A stretch of DNA of 38,134 nt. Source: Promethearchaeia archaeon. Its GTDB lineage: Archaea > Asgardarchaeota > Lokiarchaeia > Sigyniarchaeales > SOKP01. Made by a program: the position numbers and the translations under genes. Below the pieces are notes generated by a model. It was not told the origin of the DNA. It searched no databases and was given only the letters and a program-made list of their open reading frames with translations. The stretch covers positions 1-38,134 of the forward strand of contig JAHQWH010000085.1 in NCBI GenBank assembly GCA_029856105.1, read 5' to 3'. The first letter of the stretch is position 1; every line of letters starts with the position of its first letter. Of the stretch, positions 1 through 7,572 are shown piece after piece.

Positions 1-110
1 GATAGATTAATCTTTAAAATTTCGTAAATTCCTTGAATACATTCTTTAATATTTTCAAAATTTGTTAGTGATTGTTTCGTTAACTCGAATAAGTCATCCA
101 TATTTTCCAT
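1..110 (-). CDS. Hypothetical protein, 5' part only (runs off the window)
   Basis: ATG at 110-108 preceded by an SD-like GAGGT; frame stays open to the edge: MENMDDLFELTKQSLTNFENIKECIQGIYEILKINL. Confidence 0.6.
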   Translation of the reverse strand, partial: MENMDDLFELTKQSLTNFENIKECIQGIYEILKINL

Positions 111-328
111 ATTTTATCCTTACCTCTAATAAAGGAAAAAAAATTTACATTTAAAAATTTCTGGATATTTGGAGAATTGTGTGATCAAGCAACAAACCAA
201 CTATAATTATTAATTTTTTATTAAAATGGTTAATTTTATTTTTCCTACTTTTTAAAAACCCTATTAAATTCTTACTCTCTACTTATTTATATTGTTTATT
301 ATTATCTCTTCTATTATATTTATTAACC

Positions 329-590
329 TCGATGATGCATAAAGAATGTGGTGCAACTCCACGCTCATTTCCGCTCAATGTTATCCCTCAAGAGCTCCGG
401 ATTATCATAATTAGGGGAGCAAATAGAGATTCTTGTGCCGAGAGAAGCAGTTAAGTAGAGTAAGTATAACCGTGAGAGTATAAAGAAAGCATTTCCGAAT
501 GCTCTTGAAGTTGACGGGATAGAAGCCATAGGGTTATGGCTATTATCCAGAGTTAAGTATGGATGGCAACAGAAATACGATCGGATATAA
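329..590 (+). ncRNA. Candidate structured non-coding RNA of unknown class
   Basis: GC-elevated intergenic island with many stems: GTGG-TGCAACT-CCAC (348-362), TATCCC/GGGATA (382-387/516-521), GCTCC/GGAGC (394-398/416-420), AGCATT/AATGCT (488-503), AGCCATA/TATGGCT (524-541), ATCCA/TGGAT (545-564), closing TCGAT/ATCGG (329-333/580-584). Confidence 0.55.
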
Positions 591-753
591 ATTTTAATCA
601 CTTCTAAGAAGGTAAATTAAAAATAACCTTAAAACTCAAATATAAATATATTTAATTTTTTTATTTATTTAATTCAAAGAATCGCAAAGAATTGACTTTT
701 TGAATATGAATCAACTTTTATCTTAATAAATCAACTCTAAACACTAATAACTT

Positions 754-1824
754 ATGAATGTGGAAAAGGGATTAATAAACGCAATTGTTTACACAGAGAT
801 ACACGACGCAATAGGACCAAATCCTATTTATTGGGCACCTTCTGATTTACCGGAAAACATTAGAATGCTAGTTGGAATTAAAACAGTTACAATCCTTACA
901 GGAGATCAAGGAATCACCCCAGAATCTCTCCTTATTATCCCCTTCCCTTCTTTAAGGCTAAAAGGGTTAATAAGATATATTGAAAGGGAAGATGAAACCC
1001 GAAGAGGGGGGTACGCTAGGTCAGCTATTACTTTCTTGTTTAAGGAAGAGGAGGATATTATTTTCTACAAATATATGGTTTACCTGAAAGCCCCTTTCAA
1101 CGAAACGGCGAGAAAAATTAAAGAATTAGAAAACCAACAGGCTGATAGTGAAAGTATTTTTGAGGAGATAAAATTATTAGGAGATAGCGTTAGTAAGTTA
1201 CTCGAAGATTATAGAAGTAAAGAGATTGCCCCACATTCTAGTGAAGAATTTCCCGAACATAGAGATAAAAAAATAGACATTATTAAGTTTAAATTTAAAT
1301 TAGTAGTTGTAGGAGACCCTGGCGTAGGAAAAACATCAACTATTCTCCGATTTTCCGATAATGCATTTCTTAGAACTTACATTCCAACCATGGGGGTCAA
1401 TATCACGGAGAAAAGCTTCCGCGTTAAAGAGGACGTCCTTGAAGTGATATTATGGGATTTAGCTGGGCAATCAAAATTCCAAACGATGAGAAGACACTTT
1501 TATCAAGGCTCAGAAGCTATTATACTCATTTTCGATTTGACGAATCCAATATCCTTTAAAAGTATAAAGAAGTGGTACGACGATGTAATAAAGAATATGG
1601 ATAAGCAGCCTAAAATGATAGGTTATATTTTTGGAAACAAAAGCGATTTGATGGACCAAAGAAAGGTTCAAGAAAGTGAAGGGTTAGCGTTAGCTAAGGA
1701 GTTAAATCTTGAATACATAGAAACTAGCGCTCTGACAGGAAGCAACATCGAATACGCTTTTTATAAAATAGCAGAAGCAGTAATTGAAACACATTTGGAG
1801 AAATATAAAGGTAATAAAAATTAA
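754..1824 (+). CDS. Longin/uDENN-like domain fused to a Rab-like small GTPase
   Basis: C-terminal half has G1 GDPGVGKT, G2 PTMG, G3 WDLAGQ, G4 NKSD, G5 ETSAL. N-terminus AIVYTEIHDAIGPNPIYWAP resembles the start of NPRL2/uDENN longin domains. Confidence 0.88.
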   Translation: MNVEKGLINAIVYTEIHDAIGPNPIYWAPSDLPENIRMLVGIKTVTILTGDQGITPESLLIIPFPSLRLKGLIRYIEREDETRRGGYARSAITFLFKEEEDIIFYKYMVYLKAPFNETARKIKELENQQADSESIFEEIKLLGDSVSKLLEDYRSKEIAPHSSEEFPEHRDKKIDIIKFKFKLVVVGDPGVGKTSTILRFSDNAFLRTYIPTMGVNITEKSFRVKEDVLEVILWDLAGQSKFQTMRRHFYQGSEAIILIFDLTNPISFKSIKKWYDDVIKNMDKQPKMIGYIFGNKSDLMDQRKVQESEGLALAKELNLEYIETSALTGSNIEYAFYKIAEAVIETHLEKYKGNKN

Positions 1825-1832
1825 TAATAAAT

Positions 1833-2408
1833 ATGAATATTGAAGAAGCAATATATAAAAGAAGAACTATAAGAAGATATAGGCAAGACCCAATTCCAAG
1901 CGATATTCTGAAAAAATTAATTGATTACGCTCGAGTTGCTCCAATGGCTCGAAATGTTCAAGGTCTTGAGTTTGTCATCGTTGAAAATAGTGAAATAAAA
2001 GAAAAATTATTTCAATTAATTAAATTTGCCGGTTCTTTACCGGAAGACCAGCGAACTCCAGAACCAGGAAGAGAACCTACAGCGTACATAATAGTTCTTG
2101 TTAATACTGAAATTAAACCCTCATTTTTTGATTTTGATGTTGGAGCAGCGGTAGAAAATATATTATTAGGTGCAGTTAAATACGGGTTAGGGAGTTGTTG
2201 GATGGCTAACATTAAAGTCAGAAAAATTAAATCGCTATTAGAAGTTCCAGAGCAATATCAAGTTAAACACGTAATCAGCTTAGGATACCCTGATGAAGAA
2301 TCATTTATGGAACCTTATGAAGATTCATATAAATATTGGAGAAATCCCGATGGTACTATGCATGTACCAAAAAGAGATTTAGAAGATGTTATTTTCAAAA
2401 TTTTTTAA
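1833..2408 (+). CDS. Nitroreductase family protein
   Basis: RRTIRRY, APMARNVQ, AVENILLGAVKYGLGSCW and SLGYP motifs. Confidence 0.92.
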   Translation: MNIEEAIYKRRTIRRYRQDPIPSDILKKLIDYARVAPMARNVQGLEFVIVENSEIKEKLFQLIKFAGSLPEDQRTPEPGREPTAYIIVLVNTEIKPSFFDFDVGAAVENILLGAVKYGLGSCWMANIKVRKIKSLLEVPEQYQVKHVISLGYPDEESFMEPYEDSYKYWRNPDGTMHVPKRDLEDVIFKIF

Positions 2409-2411
2409 AAT

Positions 2412-3302
2412 TTAAATAAGAGCCGCCATATCCTTACAATTATATGCAATTCTCATTAAATCTCTAATTTTTTCCTTTTCTTTAAATCCTAAATCATCTA
2501 TTAGCAAATTTCCTTTTTCTATCAACTTATCTCTTTTTTTCCATACTTTATGTGCTAATTCTAAAGCTTTTTTCTGATAAGCAATCATTACATCATTAAA
2601 ATATTGCTTGATCTCTGTAAAATATTCTTTAATTTCTTCATTTAAATGCAAATCTCTTAGAATTGATCCAATATCTTCAATCTTTTCACAAAACATGCGA
2701 TAATCCATGGCTTCTAAAGGTGTAAAATCTTTATCTTCCGTAACATACACGCCTGTTCTAAGATAAGTCCTTATATGGATTACTAAAATGAAGTAAAATT
2801 TCCGTAATTGGTTAAAATTATAATTTAAATCTTCATATTTATTAGTTTCAAGGTTATCAAACATATCCAAAATAAGATATAGTAAACGTTGAATTAACTT
2901 ACGAGTAGGGATTTGTTTATAGCCAAAATTTTGGACAACTATCCTCTGAGGTTGTTCTTCAGTTATTTCCGTGTTAGGAAGACCATTAACAAACCACCTT
3001 ATTTCATCTCTTATACTCTCTTCAAATGGTTTATCTGAAAGTATTACTATATTCGATTGACCAGAAAGGCATTCTTTTACAATTTCTCGAGCAATATAGG
3101 GGTTTGAGTGAAGAATTATCTCATCAGTAGATTGATCTACTTCCTGTCTATGTTTTGGTGAAATTAATAAAGTTCCATCACTGCGAACAATGATCAATAT
3201 GGAAGATTTCTTACTTAAATTAAAATTTTCGACCCACTTTTTGGGTAGGCTAACAAAAAAAGAACCGCTAATCTTCTGCAAATTTCTATAGGTTCTTTCC
3301 AT
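2412..3302 (-). CDS. AbrB-domain / PhoU-family regulator (archaeal phosphate-uptake-regulator type)
   Basis: N-terminal RNLQKISGSFFVSLPKKWV AbrB/SpoVT motif followed by PhoU-like helical repeats. Confidence 0.8.
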   Translation of the reverse strand: MERTYRNLQKISGSFFVSLPKKWVENFNLSKKSSILIIVRSDGTLLISPKHRQEVDQSTDEIILHSNPYIAREIVKECLSGQSNIVILSDKPFEESIRDEIRWFVNGLPNTEITEEQPQRIVVQNFGYKQIPTRKLIQRLLYLILDMFDNLETNKYEDLNYNFNQLRKFYFILVIHIRTYLRTGVYVTEDKDFTPLEAMDYRMFCEKIEDIGSILRDLHLNEEIKEYFTEIKQYFNDVMIAYQKKALELAHKVWKKRDKLIEKGNLLIDDLGFKEKEKIRDLMRIAYNCKDMAALI

Positions 3303-3321
3303 ATTAATCTTATATTTTTAA

Positions 3322-3379
3322 TAATATTTAAACTTGTTTAAACAATTTATACATAATATTTAAACATACTTTAAACAAT
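3322..3379. promoter_or_regulatory. Putative operator in the divergent promoter of the AbrB/PhoU regulator
   Basis: Four TTTAAAC units in two imperfect direct repeats (TAATATTTAAAC...TTTAAACAAT), including the palindrome TTGTTTAAACAA; AT-rich, so weak. Confidence 0.4.
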
Positions 3380-3418
3380 CATTGTATTAATAAAACAAAG
3401 TTAGAGAGGTAAATATAA

Positions 3419-3658
3419 ATGACAACAAGTAGAGAAGAAGTAACTCCAATATTAAGAGAATTTCCTAAATATAAAATTATCGAAGAATTAAAAGAAGATG
3501 CTGTAAAAGAAATAAAAAAACAACTCGAGAAGAAAAAAGACATTGATCTTATCCAAAAGAAAAGAGATGAAAGAAACTGGAAAAAATCTCTGGGATATTA
3601 TGCACTTAATCCTAATAAATTTGATTTTAAGATAAGTAATTTAAAAACCAAAAAATAA
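3419..3658 (+). CDS. Small basic hypothetical protein
   Basis: 79-aa ORF with SD-like GAGGT upstream and a T-tract downstream. Confidence 0.6.
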   Translation: MTTSREEVTPILREFPKYKIIEELKEDAVKEIKKQLEKKKDIDLIQKKRDERNWKKSLGYYALNPNKFDFKISNLKTKK

Positions 3659-3909
3659 TCTTTTTTTTTAATCTTTTTAAGACCTTTTTGTAAAAACTTT
3701 ATATAAAATATGATGAATATATTATAGTTAATTGATGGGGGTTCAATCTTTAGGATTGCCCAAAGACCTACAAAAAGAAAGGAAATGCGAATTTAAATTG
3801 AAACTGCAAATATAAAATAAGTTAAACTTTTATACTATCCCGAAGTATCAAATTATACATTAAAGTAAATATTTATGTATATTTAATATTTTCTTGGAGG
3901 ATTTTTAGA

Positions 3910-4953
3910 ATGCTTATGTTATCTATATTAGGTGGACTTATTGGTTCTTCTACATTGGGCGTGCTAATAGCATTTTGTAGTTTTGGTATATATTTTTACT
4001 ATATTTCGAGAAAAACAAAGGTTAGACTTCTCTCTATTATGGGGATAAGTCTATTTTTTATTGGATTCTCTTATTTGGGAATTTGTGTCGACTTTTTATC
4101 AATTCTTATAACAGGAAACAACATAAATGTATTTTTACTTGCTTTTTTAATTTGGCCATTTGTGCCTGTTGTTTACGTCTTTGGATCTTATGTAACTGCT
4201 GAATTATTGATACCTAAGATAAAAAAACTCTACATGATCATAATTATTGCTTTAGCTTTAATTTTTGAGCTTAGTATTTTTTTAGATACATTAGGAAACA
4301 TTACGTTTATTGAACCTACCCCTCCTGGTGCTGAATTGATCGATGATAGTCTTATTACAGGGTCAATTGCTGGTCTTATCGGAACTATTTTTACGTTCTT
4401 AGGAATTTTTATATCTGGGATCGGCATGCTTATTAAAGGGTATCGGTTATCAGGGGTAGTTAGAAAGAAATATCATCAGTTAGCAATAGGATATTTAATT
4501 CTTAATGTATCGGCTTTGTTAGATTTTTTGGGTATCGCCGAGATCGTTGCAATAATTCGGATTGCCTCATTAAGTGCCGTTTGGTTTTTCTATTTAGGTT
4601 TAAGGGAAGAACCTGAAAAGCGTGAGAAGAAAGAAAAGAAAAAAGAGATGAAAATTGAGGAATCCTTGTTTAGATTAACTAAAAGACCTGCGCAAATAAC
4701 TGAAGAAGAAGTTACTTATTATCGAGAACAAAAAATATGTATGATATGTAAAGGTAAAGTTAGCGGATTTAATATTTTTTTATGTCCTAATTGTGAAACT
4801 ATTTATCATGAAGAATGTGCTCGTGCTTTAAGTAATGCTGAAAATGCGTGTTGGGTTTGCAATGGGCCTATAGATAATTCAAAACCTTCAAAACCATTTA
4901 AAATTGAATCACCCGATAAGGAACAAATAGGAATAGTAAAACCTATAAAATGA
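3910..4953 (+). CDS. Multi-pass (~7 TM) membrane protein with C-terminal C4HC3 RING-like zinc finger, putative E3 ligase
   Basis: About seven hydrophobic segments, a charged linker, then CMIC-x11-CPNC-x4-H-x2-C-x10-CWVC; GGAGG SD; adjacent to Ubl/E2/E1/JAMM genes. Confidence 0.8.
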   Translation: MLMLSILGGLIGSSTLGVLIAFCSFGIYFYYISRKTKVRLLSIMGISLFFIGFSYLGICVDFLSILITGNNINVFLLAFLIWPFVPVVYVFGSYVTAELLIPKIKKLYMIIIIALALIFELSIFLDTLGNITFIEPTPPGAELIDDSLITGSIAGLIGTIFTFLGIFISGIGMLIKGYRLSGVVRKKYHQLAIGYLILNVSALLDFLGIAEIVAIIRIASLSAVWFFYLGLREEPEKREKKEKKKEMKIEESLFRLTKRPAQITEEEVTYYREQKICMICKGKVSGFNIFLCPNCETIYHEECARALSNAENACWVCNGPIDNSKPSKPFKIESPDKEQIGIVKPIK

Positions 4954-5004
4954 TTAAAAAAAAAAAAGAGTATGGATTATAAGGATCTCAGTCGAAAACA
5001 CTAA

Positions 5005-5112
5005 GACTGGTGGGTATGTAACGAGCCAATAGGTAAATTGAAACAAAGTACATCATTTGATATAATAAAATCATACAAAGAAGAGGATTTGTTGAAAAAA
5101 TCAAAAGAATAA
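5005..5112 (+). pseudogene. Decayed 3' remnant of a RING-protein paralog
   Basis: Translates DWWVCNEPIGKLKQSTSF..., similar to the upstream gene tail ACWVCNGPIDNSKPSKPF; no start codon, preceded by a stop. Confidence 0.5.
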
Positions 5113-5164
5113 TATATGTATTTGAATATAATTTTAAATAGAATATTAATATGAGTTATGTCTT

Positions 5165-5422
5165 ATGAAAATATCGGTTGAAGATACAAGAACTGGGAAG
5201 GTTATCAAGCTTGATGTTAAAGAACATCATATAATTGAACGGATAATTGATATTGTAATAAAACACATGGGAATAATTAGCTCTGAGCAAAGGTCATATA
5301 CATTAGTTCTTGAAGATAAGGAACTACCAAGCACAATTACCATTGCTGATGCAAAACATAAATTTGGGCTAAAAGATAATGCCAATTTAGCATTATGGGC
5401 GAGGGTAGTGGGCGGATATTAG
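5165..5422 (+). CDS. Ubiquitin-like protein ending GG-Y
   Basis: MKISVEDTRTGKVIKLDV aligns with ubiquitin MQIFVKTLTGKTITLEV; beta-grasp length; C-terminus LWARVVGGY. Confidence 0.88.
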   Translation: MKISVEDTRTGKVIKLDVKEHHIIERIIDIVIKHMGIISSEQRSYTLVLEDKELPSTITIADAKHKFGLKDNANLALWARVVGGY

Positions 5423-5496
5423 CCTTTTCGCTTACAATATTTTTAATCTTTCATTTTTTTACAAACAATATTAAATAACAAGACACATATTTGATT

Positions 5497-6063
5497 TTAA
5501 TCATCCACTACCAGAATATCATCTATTTCTTCTTCCTCTTCTTTATCGCTACTTTTAAATTCATTCATAAGCAATTCAATAGAATGCGATTTAAAATATT
5601 CAGCTGACTTCAAACAAAGATCATAATTAAGAGGATCATCAGGATTTGGATTCTCGACTAATTTTTTTAGTGCTTTGATTGAAGTTTCCAAATCTGATAG
5701 TCTTGACCATTTTTTTAGAATATTAAGGCAGATATAACCTGTACCAGATTCATTTAAAGTTCGAATATCAACTGGATGGATATTTGGATGGAAAATATTC
5801 GAATACCAAGAGAAATCTATTCCTCCTGGATATGGAAATGATCTATTTAATTTTAGAAAAATGCGATGAGATTTCTTTGGACTTAAATTTATTCCTTCCT
5901 TGCTATGATCTTGCACAAATCCTAAAGCTTCAATGTTTATCCAAAATTCAACATTACTTTCATGCCATTTAATTGATTCATCTTCTATTAAATTTGATTT
6001 ATTTAAAATATTCATTTCGTTATTTATTCGATCTTTCCATATCTCATAAGGTAGTTCTGGCAT
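5497..6063 (-). CDS. Ubiquitin-conjugating enzyme E2 (UBC fold)
   Basis: FPY, IFHPNI, catalytic ICLNIL..W, NPNPDDPLN, acidic C-terminal tail. Confidence 0.92.
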   Translation of the reverse strand: MPELPYEIWKDRINNEMNILNKSNLIEDESIKWHESNVEFWINIEALGFVQDHSKEGINLSPKKSHRIFLKLNRSFPYPGGIDFSWYSNIFHPNIHPVDIRTLNESGTGYICLNILKKWSRLSDLETSIKALKKLVENPNPDDPLNYDLCLKSAEYFKSHSIELLMNEFKSSDKEEEEEIDDILVVDD

Positions 6064-6128
6064 CGTTTTGTATGTAATTTTTTTTTATATTTAATATCTT
6101 GCTTATATTAATTTTATATTTTATATTT

Positions 6129-7019
6129 TTAATCTTTTTTATTGGACTTTATGAAGGAACAGATCCAACAATTAGGATCCTTTGCCTTCTCAATTATTTT
6201 AAAGCTGTTGGTAAGTCCATTATAATTCAATTGTTTTCCAATAAGTGGTTTTCCTATTTGGGAATCCCATATTCCATACTCTTTAAAATAATCAATACCT
6301 AATACGAATTTTAATACTTGTTGCGATTGAATACCTCCTATTATTGAAGTTGTAGTTATAAACGATGCGATTTTACCCACAGTTTCTCCATCTTCAGTAT
6401 TTAGTTCTTTACCTGTACATGAAAACTTTTTCCACATCAAATCTAAATCTTTATTAGAGATTCCGCATTGTAAGCATGCAGAGTTTTTATCTTTAGAATA
6501 AACCGCTTGTACAGTCCCAAAATAACCATCAATTCCAGAATCAATAAATGGAATGCCAAAATAATAGGAATAATTATTTGCTTCTAAACGTGCCTCAATG
6601 TTATCCAAACAGGAGCAAATAACATCGTTTTGTTCATAAATATTTTTTTCTACTTTATTTAAATCTTCTTTAATGGTAATAAATTTTACTTCTGGATTTA
6701 TATCTCTGCATGCTTCTTTAATTACATCTGCCTTATATTCATTCTTCTCAGCTGATTTCGAATTAAATAGCACACATCTGTTTAAATTGGATAAATCAAT
6801 AAAATCATAATCGATTAAAGTAATAGTTCCTATACCTGACAAAACTAAATTTTTTATGACTTCATTACCCGTTGCTCCAGCACCAATTACCATTACTTTT
6901 GAATTACGGATTTTATTTTGATCCCATCCTTTTATTCGTTTTTGACGATCATACTTATCTGATTCTATGGAATCAATATTCTTTACTTCAATATCTATTG
7001 AATCGTTTTTTTCATTCAT
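6129..7019 (-). CDS. Ubiquitin-activating enzyme E1 (ThiF/UBA family)
   Basis: YDRQ, GAGATG, DYDFIDLSNLNR, CLDNIEAR, zinc pairs CLQC and CWIC, candidate catalytic Cys in FSCT. Confidence 0.92.
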   Translation of the reverse strand: MNEKNDSIDIEVKNIDSIESDKYDRQKRIKGWDQNKIRNSKVMVIGAGATGNEVIKNLVLSGIGTITLIDYDFIDLSNLNRCVLFNSKSAEKNEYKADVIKEACRDINPEVKFITIKEDLNKVEKNIYEQNDVICSCLDNIEARLEANNYSYYFGIPFIDSGIDGYFGTVQAVYSKDKNSACLQCGISNKDLDLMWKKFSCTGKELNTEDGETVGKIASFITTTSIIGGIQSQQVLKFVLGIDYFKEYGIWDSQIGKPLIGKQLNYNGLTNSFKIIEKAKDPNCWICSFIKSNKKD

Positions 7020-7049
7020 TTATTTAAGTATTATTTTTTTTTAAAAGCT

Positions 7050-7547
7050 TTATTTTGAGGATATTATCGCATTACTTATAGCTTTATATCCTAATCCTGA
7101 TTTTTTATCGAGCGTGAAAAATTTAAATTCATCATTGATTGGATCTACAACTAATGCTACTTGATATGATTCCGGAAAAAAAAACTCTTGGGTGTGTAGA
7201 TCTGTACTTGATAAAAAACAACCAAAATTGGGATGTGAATGCCACCATCCAACTATCCTCAAACTATCATTTTTTTTAAGATTTTTTAACTTTTGAAACT
7301 CTTTTTCATATTCCCCTGCAGTTCCTTCAATTTGAGAAGTTGAAAATTGATGACTATTAACCGCATTATCAATAAACAATTGTTCTTCAATAATTATATA
7401 TAAATCATTCTTCCACTTTAAGATATTTCCAATTAAATAGCCAAAAATTTCCTTGCTTGAATCTCTACTTAAATTTATAATTTGTTCTAAGGTATTGTCG
7501 TAAATGTAGACCGGAAATATAAAATCGTTAGTTTTTGACATAAACAT
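7050..7547 (-). CDS. JAMM/MPN+ metalloprotease (Rpn11/CSN5-like deubiquitinase)
   Basis: KEIFGYLIG and [18 protein letters not shown] motifs. Start placed at ATG 7547 (or 7541) rather than 7658, which overlaps the upstream gene. Confidence 0.92.
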   Translation of the reverse strand: MFMSKTNDFIFPVYIYDNTLEQIINLSRDSSKEIFGYLIGNILKWKNDLYIIIEEQLFIDNAVNSHQFSTSQIEGTAGEYEKEFQKLKNLKKNDSLRIVGWWHSHPNFGCFLSSTDLHTQEFFFPESYQVALVVDPINDEFKFFTLDKKSGLGYKAISNAIISSK

Positions 7548-7572
7548 GTCCTTATCTTTTATAGTATTAGAA

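Noticed and set aside
329-590. RNase P RNA, SRP RNA or tRNA identity
   Set aside because: GGAGCAA and CAACAGAAA are present but the GAGGAA..UCC / GGCUUA P4 pair is not; no SRP helix 8 CAGG...AGCA pairing; the T-like arm has no cloverleaf
365-601. 78-aa minus-strand ORF
   Set aside because: No recognisable motifs, and it overlaps the structured RNA candidate; probably a chance ORF
4951-5112. Selenocysteine or readthrough extension of the RING gene into the in-frame remnant
   Set aside because: A second stop (TAA, 5002-5004) intervenes, the TGA is not at a Cys-equivalent position, and no SECIS was recognised
6129-7019. E1 as a MoeB/ThiF sulfur-transfer enzyme
   Set aside because: The adjacent E2, JAMM, RING and ubiquitin-like (not MoaD/ThiS-like) modifier favour protein conjugation
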